Positions 55,820-64,000 of a DNA stretch of 64,000 nt are shown here, in pieces. Positions within the stretch are counted from its first letter, which is position 1; each line of letters opens with the position of its first letter. Source of the stretch: Acidobacteriota bacterium (GTDB lineage: Bacteria; Acidobacteriota; UBA6911; RPQK01; JAJDTT01). The notes beneath the pieces are model-generated. The model was given only the letters and a program-made list of their open reading frames with translations, did not search any database and was not told where the DNA came from. The stretch covers positions 5,888,001 to 5,952,000 of the forward strand of contig CBDCJH010000002.1 in assembly GCA_965217775.1 (NCBI GenBank), given 5' to 3'. A program made the translations under genes and the position numbers.

Positions 55820-56631
55820 GCGCTCCCCTCTTGGCCCCAGAGAGCGTGGAAGTGTCCCAGCGGTCCGCTACCCGCTCCCAGCCGCAGGGAATGGCGAATC
55901 GCCTCGGTGACGTACTCCTTGGCGCGGCGAACCGATTGCTCCAGTCCACTTCCCCGGGCCAGATGTGCGGCGACGGCGGAGGCGAAGGTGCAGCCGCTGC
56001 CGTGGGTGTCTCGGGAGGGAAGACGGGGTCCCTCCAGCCGAACCTGGCCGGTTTCGGTGAAGAGCAAGTCGGTCGAACTTTCCGGATCCCTGAAGTGGCC
56101 CCCCTTGATGACGACGGCTCGGGGGCCCATGTCCAGCAGCGATCGAGCCGCTTGGGCGGCATCGTCCTCGGAACGGATCTCTCGTCCGGCCAACTGTTCC
56201 GACTCGTGCAGGTTGGGAGTCAGGACCAGGGCGAGGGGGAAGAGGAGGGACTTCATCCGGGATACGGCTTCCGCGCTGGCCAGCGCATGGCCGTAGCCGC
56301 TCTGAATGACCGGGTCCACCACGACCCGCTCCAGACGGTGGCGCCGGATCCGGTCCGACACCGCCTCAACGGTTTCGGGAGTCGGGATCATCCCGGTCTT
56401 GACGGAGTCGACTCCTGGGTCCCGGACGGCGGCATCGATCTGGCGGGCCACGTGCCCGGCGGGAAGCGGATACACTTCATGCACGCGACAGGTGTCTTGC
56501 ACCGTGGTCGCCGTGATCGCGCTCATCCCATGCACACCGAGCGCGGCGAAGGTCTTCAGATCGGCCTGGATTCCGGCACAGCCGCCGCTGTCGGAGCCGG
56601 CGACGGTAAGTGCGCAGGGAATCGACCTCAC
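55816..56631 (-). CDS. thiD: Hydroxymethylpyrimidine/phosphomethylpyrimidine kinase
   Basis: ALTVAGSDSGGCAGIQADLKT, VKTGM, TPNLHE, THGSGCT; GTGA overlap. Confidence 0.95.
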   Translation of the reverse strand: MRSIPCALTVAGSDSGGCAGIQADLKTFAALGVHGMSAITATTVQDTCRVHEVYPLPAGHVARQIDAAVRDPGVDSVKTGMIPTPETVEAVSDRIRRHRLERVVVDPVIQSGYGHALASAEAVSRMKSLLFPLALVLTPNLHESEQLAGREIRSEDDAAQAARSLLDMGPRAVVIKGGHFRDPESSTDLLFTETGQVRLEGPRLPSRDTHGSGCTFASAVAAHLARGSGLEQSVRRAKEYVTEAIRHSLRLGAGSGPLGHFHALWGQEGSA

Positions 56632-57839
56632 CGGCGGCGAGTCCCGCTCCGGCCGCTCCCGTCCCGCAGCCGCTGGAGCCGGCTTCGAGCCTCCGCCAAC
56701 ACGTCCATGGTCTTGCAGAAGGCGAAACGGATGAGTCGCTTTCCCTGCTGCTTGCCAGGCCGGTAGAAGCTGCTGCCGGGGACGGCCGCAACCCCGTAGT
56801 CCCGGACCAGCTCGGCGGCGAAGTCGACGTCGTCCTTGTCGGTCACCCGGGAGATGTCGGCCATGATGTAGTAGGCTCCGGCCGGCTTCCAGATTCGGAA
56901 CCCCACTTCGACCAGCGTCTCCATGAGAAAGTCCCGACGTTCGAGATAGTCGTGCGCCAACTGCCGGTAGTAGTCGGATTCCATGGCCAGAGCCGTGACT
57001 CCCGCCTCCTGCAGGGGCGCCGGGGAGCCCACCGTCAGAAAGTCGTGCATCTTCCGGATGGCTCCGGCGAGGTGGCCCGGTGCGATGGTGTACCCGACGC
57101 GCCATCCAGTCACGCTGAAGGTCTTGGAGAGAGCGCTGATGGTGACGGTTCTCTCTTGCATGCCCGGAAGCAGGGCGATGGGCTGGTGGACGTGCCCGTC
57201 ATACAAGATGTGCTCGTAGATCTCGTCGGTGAACACGTAAAAGTCGTACTTGACCGCCAACTCGGCGATCCGGTTCAGCTCGTCGCCGTTGAAGACCTTT
57301 CCCGACGGGTTGTTGGGAGAGTTGAGGATGAGGGCCCGCAGCCGGCCGCGATCGCAGGCTTCGCGGATGGTTCCTTCCAACACGTCGAAATCCAGAGCCC
57401 AGTCGGTTTCGGAATCCAGGGAGACATAGATGGCAGAAGCCCCGGCAATGATGGAATCGGGGCCGTAGTTCTCGTAGAAGGGTTCGAACACCAGGACCTG
57501 TTCGCCGGGATTGACCAGGGCCAGCATGGTGGAAATCATGCACTCGGTGGAACCGCAGGCAACCGTCACCTCCACATCGGGGTCGACGTCCCAACCGTAG
57601 TCCCGGCGGTACTTTTCGGCCACGGCCCGGCGGAAGGACGGGGCCCCCCAGGTGACGGCGTATTGATTGATGTCCTCCTGGATCGCCCGGCAAGCGGCAT
57701 CCTTGACGACTTGGGGCGCAGCGAAATTGGGGTAGCCCTGGGCCAGGTTGATGGCGCCGTGTTCGTACGCCAGACGGGTCATCTCCCGGATCACCGACTC
57801 GGTGAATCGGGAGGCCTTCTCACCAATGTATTGTTTCAA
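56628..57839 (-). CDS. PLP-dependent aminotransferase class I/II
   Basis: INLAQGYP, NSPNNPSG, DEIYE, SKTFSVTGWRVG, IRFAFCK. Confidence 0.95.
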   Translation of the reverse strand: MKQYIGEKASRFTESVIREMTRLAYEHGAINLAQGYPNFAAPQVVKDAACRAIQEDINQYAVTWGAPSFRRAVAEKYRRDYGWDVDPDVEVTVACGSTECMISTMLALVNPGEQVLVFEPFYENYGPDSIIAGASAIYVSLDSETDWALDFDVLEGTIREACDRGRLRALILNSPNNPSGKVFNGDELNRIAELAVKYDFYVFTDEIYEHILYDGHVHQPIALLPGMQERTVTISALSKTFSVTGWRVGYTIAPGHLAGAIRKMHDFLTVGSPAPLQEAGVTALAMESDYYRQLAHDYLERRDFLMETLVEVGFRIWKPAGAYYIMADISRVTDKDDVDFAAELVRDYGVAAVPGSSFYRPGKQQGKRLIRFAFCKTMDVLAEARSRLQRLRDGSGRSGTRRR

Positions 57840-58057
57840 ATCAGTTGCCTCGGGTCCGGTTCACATGGTCCCGAAAAGCGACACGCTTCGGGAACCTGCC
57901 GGAAAGAGTACGCTTGCGACGGTCCGTCCCGCAAGAGCCGGCCGGGAGCGGGTCCGTGGACGGCAATCGCCGCCGCCGAAACTTGACTATTCCTCTCCCG
58001 GTTGGCTATGTCATGGGCGGAAACGCGGTCGATGGGATCGGTCTACGGAGAGATGTC

Positions 58058-59194
58058 ATGATGAACCTGACGATACTGGGGGGAGGGAACACCGCTTTTG
58101 CCGTCGCCGCCAACTTGAGCCTCCGCGGCTTCCAGGTGACGATCTGCGAGCACCCCGACTTTGCTCATACCCTCGACCCGGTCCGAGCCGAGGGAAGGAT
58201 CCTGCTGGACGGCGTGGCGTCTCGCGGCCGAGCCCGTATCCACGCCCTGACCACCGATTTCCAGGAAGGTCTGGAAAACGACCTGCTCCTGCTCATCGTT
58301 CCCGCGTATGCCCACCGTCCCTTCGCCCTGGCCTGCTCCCCCTACCTGAGAGAGGGGCATACCCTGGTCCTGCTTCCGGGAACCCTGGGGACTTTGGAGT
58401 TCCACACCCGGTTGCGGGAGGGAGGCCGGAACTTGTCCGGGATCACGCTGGCCGAAACCGACACGGCTCCCTACGTCTGCCGAAAGCTGACCCCCGACTC
58501 GGCCCACATCTGGGGGGTCGTCTCCTCGTTGGGTCTCGGGGTCCTGCCGAAGTCGGAGACGGACCGGACCAGGGACCTGCTGCGGTCCATCTTCACTGTC
58601 GACGGTCTGGGTGAGCCCGGCGGGGAAGACGATTCCGCAGTCACCTGCTACGGCAATGTTCTGGAGTGCGGTCTGAGCGCCATGAACCCGGTGGTCCACC
58701 CTCCCGGTGTGCTCATGAACGCCGGCCGGGTGGAGTATTCCAGGGGAGATTTCTACTTCTACGAAGAGGGAGTCACGCCGGGGGTGTGCAATGCCATCTA
58801 CGGCGTCGACCGGGAGCGCCGCGAGGTGGGCCGGGCACTCGGATTCGAGCTGTCGGTCGTGGAGGAGGCCTTTTTCTCCGCCGGGTTCGGTCCCAAGGGC
58901 GATCTCTGGAGCACCATCAACGGCAGCCGCATGCTGACCCAGTTGAGGGCTCCGGGCGAGCTGGGCAGCCGCTGGTTGACCGAAGACGTGCCCTATGGAC
59001 TGGGAGCGTGGAGCTCGCTGGGCCGCCACTTGGGTGTAGCGACCCCGCTCATGGATGGTCTGGTGGCGCTCGCGTCCGCGGCGCTGAGAGAGGACTTCAG
59101 GGCCTCCAGCCGGACCGTCGAGCGGCTGGGAATTGCCGGAATGGGGCGGGACTCCTTGCTTCGCTTCGTGGAAACCGGGGAGCTGCCGGCATGA
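58058..59194 (+). CDS. NAD/NADP octopine/nopaline (opine) dehydrogenase family protein
   Basis: ILGGGN, AETDTAPY, NPVVHP, RWLTEDVPYGL. Confidence 0.88.
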   Translation: MMNLTILGGGNTAFAVAANLSLRGFQVTICEHPDFAHTLDPVRAEGRILLDGVASRGRARIHALTTDFQEGLENDLLLLIVPAYAHRPFALACSPYLREGHTLVLLPGTLGTLEFHTRLREGGRNLSGITLAETDTAPYVCRKLTPDSAHIWGVVSSLGLGVLPKSETDRTRDLLRSIFTVDGLGEPGGEDDSAVTCYGNVLECGLSAMNPVVHPPGVLMNAGRVEYSRGDFYFYEEGVTPGVCNAIYGVDRERREVGRALGFELSVVEEAFFSAGFGPKGDLWSTINGSRMLTQLRAPGELGSRWLTEDVPYGLGAWSSLGRHLGVATPLMDGLVALASAALREDFRASSRTVERLGIAGMGRDSLLRFVETGELPA

Positions 59195-60237
59195 GAGCGT
59201 GCCGGATCGCCGAGGCCAGCGTCGGCGGGATCGAGAGCCTGGTCCTGGAGAACGAGCACCTGGAGGTGGTCGTGCTGGTGGGGAAGGGGACGGACATCTT
59301 CTCCTTCCGCCACCGGGCCAGCGGCACGGACTTTCTCTGGAAGGCCCCCTGGGGAGTGAGAGATCCCGCCACCACCATCCAGGACACGGCCAATTCGGCT
59401 TCTTCCTTCCTCGATTATTATTTCGGGGGCTGGCAGGAGCTCTTTCCCAACGCGGGAGCCGGCTGCACCTATCGGGGTGCCGAGTTGGGGGTTCACGGCG
59501 AGGCCTGCAAGGTGCCCTGGTCCTGGCAGATCACGGAAGAGACCTCCCGCAGGATCTCGGTCCGCTTCCGGGCCCGAATGGTGCGGACGCCTTTCCTGCT
59601 GGAAAAGCAGCTGACTCTGGAGGCCGGCCGGGCCGTGCTCCTGATCGAGGAGACGGTCACCAACGAGGGTGCGGATGCAGTCGATTTCATCTGGGGACAC
59701 CATCCGGCCCTGGGAGCTCCGTTCCTGAGCGGCCACTGCCGACTCTATACCCCGGCTCGGGTCGTGGAGACGGATGACTCCAACCTTTTCCTCGCCCCCC
59801 GACGGCGTTTCGAGTCCTATCCCATGATCGAGACTGTGGATGGAGCGCCCTTCGACGTCTCCCGGATTCCGCCCCCGTCGGCGCGGGTCACCATGCAGAG
59901 CTTTCTGCGGGAGTTGGCGGAGGGTTGGTACGCTCTGGTCAACCAGGAGAGCGGACTCGGGTTCGCCCTGTCCTGGGACCTGGAGGTGTTTCCCTGTCTC
60001 TGGCTCTGGGAGGAACTGTGCGGGTCCGCGGACTATCCGTGGTGGGGACGATGTTACGTGGCCGGAATCGAGCCCAACAGCACGCCCACGGGCGGGGGTC
60101 TGGCGGAGGCGGTGGAGAACGGGACCCAACACCGGTTGCCGGCGGGGAAATCGCTCCATTCCATTCTGTGCGCCACGGCGTTCGAGACCCAGGGGGAACC
60201 GCGGCGCGTCGACCCCGAAGGCCGGATCGAGTACTGA
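59191..60237 (+). CDS. Aldose 1-epimerase-like / DUF4432 protein
   Basis: LVLENEHL..GKGTDI, GGWQELFP, HGEA, WGHHPA, GIEP; ATGA overlap. Confidence 0.8.
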   Translation: MRACRIAEASVGGIESLVLENEHLEVVVLVGKGTDIFSFRHRASGTDFLWKAPWGVRDPATTIQDTANSASSFLDYYFGGWQELFPNAGAGCTYRGAELGVHGEACKVPWSWQITEETSRRISVRFRARMVRTPFLLEKQLTLEAGRAVLLIEETVTNEGADAVDFIWGHHPALGAPFLSGHCRLYTPARVVETDDSNLFLAPRRRFESYPMIETVDGAPFDVSRIPPPSARVTMQSFLRELAEGWYALVNQESGLGFALSWDLEVFPCLWLWEELCGSADYPWWGRCYVAGIEPNSTPTGGGLAEAVENGTQHRLPAGKSLHSILCATAFETQGEPRRVDPEGRIEY

Positions 60238-60300
60238 CCCGGAGGTTGCCATCATCTGCCGTCGGCACGGGCGGCTTCGAGGCGCAAAAAGGAGGATCTG

Positions 60301-61824
60301 ATGCAGAGTAGAACCGGGCTTTCCCTGCTGGGCGGTTTGTTGTTTCTGACCGGCTCGGCCGAGGTTTCGGGCGGTGAGATTCGACACCTCGGCGGTCGGC
60401 TGCAACTGTTTCTGGATGACTGGCTCGTCGACTCCAGCGACAACATCCGCTGGGTACTCCACAGTCCCGAGCGCCGCGAGGCGGCGATTCGCGTCGACCG
60501 CCCCTGGGAAGACATTTACATGTACAACCCGGTGGTCATCAAGGACGGTCATCGCTACCGCATGTGGTATCGGGCCAAATACGTGGAGAGGCCCTTCCTG
60601 ACGGCTTACGCCGAGAGCCTGGACGGCATCCACTGGGTCAAGCCCAGTCTGGGTCTCATCGAATTCGACGGCTCCCGGGACAACAACATCATCTGGCCCA
60701 TTCCCGGGGCGGACGGGAGGTCGTTCTCCGTCTTCAAGGACGAGAATCCCGATGCGCGGGCCGACGCGCGCTACAAGGCCATTACCAATCTGAACGAGGT
60801 CACTGCGTCGGGGAAGCGGCGGGCGGTGATCTACGGACTCGCTTCTCCCGACGGCTTGCGCTGGCGCCATCTCCAGAAGGAGCCGATGGTGAAGGCCCTG
60901 GTGGAGGATCCCCAGTTCGATTCCCACAACATCGTCCTCTGGGACTCGGTCCGCCGGCACTACGCCATCTATGCCCGGGGCTGGTACCGGAAAGGCCTGC
61001 CTCCCCCGGGTTCGGAGCGGGTGGGCCGCACCGCGGACACCGTGACCATGAAACTCCCCTCGGGAGAGACCCGGGAACTGGTCCACATCCGGGACATCCG
61101 CCGCTACGTCTCCAAGGACTTCGCGAACTGGTCCGCGCAGGAGTACATCGGATTGGGCGAAGCGCCGTTGGAGCACCTCTACAAGAACTCCGCGACTCCC
61201 TACTATCGGGACCCGGGCCTCATCTTCATGTTCCCGAAGCGTTTCCTTCCCACCCGAAAAGCCGATCCGGACTGGGAACACGTCGGTCTTTCCGACATCG
61301 TATTCATGTTCAGCCGGGATGGCCTCAACTTCGACCGCCTTTACATGGAAGCCTTCCTCCGGCCGGGCCGGAACCCGTTGGCCTGGCACGAACGTTCGAT
61401 CCACGTGGGCACCGGCCTGGTCCCCACCGGAGAACGGGAGATGTCCCTCTACTTCATCGAGCATGGCAAGACCGCTCAGATGGTCATTCGGCGGGGAGTG
61501 TTGAGGGTGGACGGCCTGGCTTCGCTGCGGGCGCCCTATGCGGGAGGGACGGTCCTGAGCCGTCCCCTGACCTTTTCCGGTTCCCGACTGGTGCTCAACT
61601 ATTCCACCTCGGCCGCCGGCCAGATTCGGGTGGAGGTCCAGGACGAAGCGGGGGCGGCGTTGCCTGGATTCAGGATGCAGGACTGTCCCGAGATCTATGG
61701 GGATGAGATCGAGCGGGTCGTCTCCTGGCGGACCGGTTCCGACCTGACCTCCTTGGCGGGGCGCACCGTGCGTCTCAAGATCGAGATGAAGGATGCCGAC
61801 CTCTACTCCCTCCGGTTCCGGTAG
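60301..61824 (+). CDS. Secreted five-bladed beta-propeller glycoside-hydrolase-like protein
   Basis: LQLFLDDWL, YAESLDGIHWVKP, SPDGLRW, SRDGLNF, LRVDGLASL, ADLYSLRF. Confidence 0.75.
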   Translation: MQSRTGLSLLGGLLFLTGSAEVSGGEIRHLGGRLQLFLDDWLVDSSDNIRWVLHSPERREAAIRVDRPWEDIYMYNPVVIKDGHRYRMWYRAKYVERPFLTAYAESLDGIHWVKPSLGLIEFDGSRDNNIIWPIPGADGRSFSVFKDENPDARADARYKAITNLNEVTASGKRRAVIYGLASPDGLRWRHLQKEPMVKALVEDPQFDSHNIVLWDSVRRHYAIYARGWYRKGLPPPGSERVGRTADTVTMKLPSGETRELVHIRDIRRYVSKDFANWSAQEYIGLGEAPLEHLYKNSATPYYRDPGLIFMFPKRFLPTRKADPDWEHVGLSDIVFMFSRDGLNFDRLYMEAFLRPGRNPLAWHERSIHVGTGLVPTGEREMSLYFIEHGKTAQMVIRRGVLRVDGLASLRAPYAGGTVLSRPLTFSGSRLVLNYSTSAAGQIRVEVQDEAGAALPGFRMQDCPEIYGDEIERVVSWRTGSDLTSLAGRTVRLKIEMKDADLYSLRFR

Positions 61825-61840
61825 GCGCAAGGAATTCTGA

Positions 61841-63490
61841 ATGAGTGCAGTGATGCGATTCCACCACCGAGTTGGGGCCGAAACCCAAGTGGCCGGCGTC
61901 GGGAGTTCCCGGGGGAGAAGGGCCTTCTTGAAGGCCGCGGGCCTCGGGATCTTTGCCGTTGCTCACGAACATCTGCGGGCCCAGGTTCGTGGCCATGAAG
62001 GCCCGGCCTGGTATCCGCTGGAGGATCTCTACCGTCGCATCCGGCGATTGGGCCGTGAGCATGGAGACTTTCTGAAGCTGGAGGATCTGGGCAGGAGCGT
62101 CCAGGGGCGTCCCCTGATCGCGGTCCGTCTGAGCGACTGGTCGATCGCGGACGAGCACAAGGAGCATGTGCTCCTCACGACGCTCCACTCGGGCGGGGAG
62201 CGGATCGGTCCCAGTGCCATATTGGAACTGGTGGAGTGGCTGCTCTCCGGGCATCCCCGGGCCCGGCGAATTCTCGCCCGCCAGCAGGTCGTGTGCATCC
62301 CCATCGTCAATCCGGACGGGTACGTGGCCGGCAGCTTTCACAATGCCAACGATCTGGACCCCTACAACAGCTGGACCTTGGAGGGTCCGGTGCAACCGGA
62401 AAAACATCCTGAGGCCAGTGCCGTCCAGCGGCTCATGGATGACCTGCAGCCCGAGGTGCACGGAGACCTGCACGGCTCCTTCCTGGAGTTCTACGGATCC
62501 ATCCACGCCGATACGGCGGCCGCTTACTCGAACGTCTCCCTGCGGCCGTATCATCACGAGATCATGCGTCTCATGAACGAGGCGGCTCTGGAGGAGGGCT
62601 ACCCTGCCGATTGGCTGGAGGAGGATTCGGAACGCATGTTCTGGGGCCCCGATCTGGAGCCGATGCGGGAGAAGACATGGAAAGGCCGGCCGCGGGTCTA
62701 TGCCGCCACGTATTGCTACAACCGCTACCACTCGCTGGTCACGGCCAACGAGAATGCGTGGGAACGAAGCGCGCTGCTCCGGTATCGCCGGCTGCTCGAA
62801 GTGGGGAACGAGGTCTGGCCGGGAGAGTATTACCCCGGGTACCCGACCCGGGTGATGATGGGCAACGACCTGCATCGCCTGACCGCCTATGGAACTACTG
62901 CGGGAGCCCGCCGGAGGAGCCGGGTGGAGCTGTGGAACAAGCTTCGTCAGCTCAGTTTCGGCTTCGACTGGCCGGAGGTCGAGGGCATGGCTCTTTGCGT
63001 CTGTGCCACCTCCCGGGAAGCGGCCCGCAAGTGGTTGGGGGACAACACCCTCCTGGACCTGCTCTCTCGAATCGAACGTCATCCGGGGATGAACCTGGAG
63101 CCCATCCGGCGGCTGGTCCATCGTCATCCCTTGGACGACGGCAAGCGCCCGGCGCGATTTCTGGTGGAGGGGGGAGGCGCCAAGTTCTACCGGCAGGACT
63201 CCGGACCCGACCGTCTGGAGGCGGGGGACAGTGGCCCCGTCCGTCACGGAATCTGCGTGCGGCTGCGAATCCCCTACCAGAACGCCCGCATCCTCGATCT
63301 CAGGCTCAACGGGCACGTCGTGGATCCGTCCCAAGCGGACGGTTACGTCACCTGGGTGGCCCGGGGGTTCACTCATGTCCAGATCGCCATTCCTCCCCGC
63401 ACGACACAGTCGGAGGAGATCTTCCTGGTGACCTGTGAATACGACCCCCGCGAGAGGCGCCGGCAAGGGAAGATCCGCTTCACGAACTGA
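61841..63490 (+). CDS. Tat-signal M14-like zinc carboxypeptidase family protein
   Basis: GRRAFLK; GRSVQGRPL, LHSGGE, PIVNPDG, PEASA, DLHG. Confidence 0.75.
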   Translation: MSAVMRFHHRVGAETQVAGVGSSRGRRAFLKAAGLGIFAVAHEHLRAQVRGHEGPAWYPLEDLYRRIRRLGREHGDFLKLEDLGRSVQGRPLIAVRLSDWSIADEHKEHVLLTTLHSGGERIGPSAILELVEWLLSGHPRARRILARQQVVCIPIVNPDGYVAGSFHNANDLDPYNSWTLEGPVQPEKHPEASAVQRLMDDLQPEVHGDLHGSFLEFYGSIHADTAAAYSNVSLRPYHHEIMRLMNEAALEEGYPADWLEEDSERMFWGPDLEPMREKTWKGRPRVYAATYCYNRYHSLVTANENAWERSALLRYRRLLEVGNEVWPGEYYPGYPTRVMMGNDLHRLTAYGTTAGARRRSRVELWNKLRQLSFGFDWPEVEGMALCVCATSREAARKWLGDNTLLDLLSRIERHPGMNLEPIRRLVHRHPLDDGKRPARFLVEGGGAKFYRQDSGPDRLEAGDSGPVRHGICVRLRIPYQNARILDLRLNGHVVDPSQADGYVTWVARGFTHVQIAIPPRTTQSEEIFLVTCEYDPRERRRQGKIRFTN

Positions 63491-63579
63491 AAATCACGAA
63501 TAATGGAAAGCGGAGAGACGAGATAGGTCTTTGAGGAGCCTGGTCCTTGGCAACCCCGGTTGCCCGGGGCTTGGGCTCA

Positions 63580-63592
63580 TCACCACGGACTG
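63580..63592 (-). mobile_element. MITE-A terminal remnant
   Basis: TCACCACGGACTG is identical to the 48297-48309 terminus. Confidence 0.5.
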
Positions 63593-63651
63593 TTGAGATT
63601 CCGCGTCGATCGATCCGCACGAGCTGACCCCATCGAAATAAAGGTTGAATC

Positions 63652-64000
63652 GTGGCTACGAGCGCGTCCAAGAACAGCATCATCGCCTTCCTCTTCGAAA
63701 ACTCCATCTTCCTGCTCGCCGGGGCCTTCGGCGCCCTGCTGTGGGCCAATCTGGACCACGACTCTTACCACCACCTGGTCCACCTGAAACTGTTTGAGGA
63801 CACGTTGTTCGGAACGTTGAAAGCCGACGGCACGCGGGTCCTCGACCTCCACTACTTGGTCAACGACATTCTGATGGCGTTCTTTTTCGCCATCGCCGGC
63901 AAGGAGGTCTGGGAAGCCACGCTTCCCGGAGGCCCCCTCAGCAGCCCCAAACGGGCCGCCGTTCCCCTTGTCGCCGCCGTGGGCGGAATGGTGGCGCCGG
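63652..64000 (+). CDS. nhaA: Na+/H+ antiporter NhaA (5' part, runs off the window)
   Basis: My translation: ...GALLWAN...LHYLVNDILMAFFFAIAGKEV...AAVPLVAAVGGMVAP. Confidence 0.9.
   Translation, partial: MATSASKNSIIAFLFENSIFLLAGAFGALLWANLDHDSYHHLVHLKLFEDTLFGTLKADGTRVLDLHYLVNDILMAFFFAIAGKEVWEATLPGGPLSSPKRAAVPLVAAVGGMVAP

Noticed and set aside
58993-61830. 945-aa minus-strand ORF, and similar long antisense ORFs (44163-46499, 61775-63466, 26971-28614, 15193-16719)
   Set aside because: Mirror frames of well-supported genes; no recognisable domains.
63593-63651. nhaA-I/II (Li+) riboswitch
   Set aside because: No recognisable consensus; not called without a covariance search.

Overview
High-GC bacterial chromosome segment, most consistent with an Acidobacteriota-like genome. 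This is inferred from gene order and protein families; Na+-PPase, NhaA and a Na+/solute symporter hint at a saline habitat. Positions 1-16.7 kb and 57.8-64 kb are accessory and catabolic (PQQ dehydrogenase, RidA, PhoD-like, DUF1080, ComA, dimethylglycine oxidase-like, opine dehydrogenase, M14 peptidase). Positions 16.7-57.8 kb are mostly housekeeping (thrB, aroDE, pgsA, uvrC, ispDEF, radA, dnaB, rpsF/rpsR/rplI, hppA, pth, rplY, prs, ileS, lspA, fabH, queE, nth, thiD). I saw no rRNA, tRNA, CRISPR array or transposase. The notable signals are mostly non-coding. (i) Two families of miniature fold-back elements (MITE-A about 160 bp, at least 11 copies or remnants; MITE-B 130-240 bp) have 4-bp target duplications and share a double tandem-G·A hairpin motif. 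(ii) Their ends repeatedly complete extended -10 promoters, sit on stop codons, or add peptide to proteins. (iii) One ORF fuses signal peptidase II (LspA) to LolA through an internal signal-peptide-like helix. (iv) Many genes appear to be leaderless.
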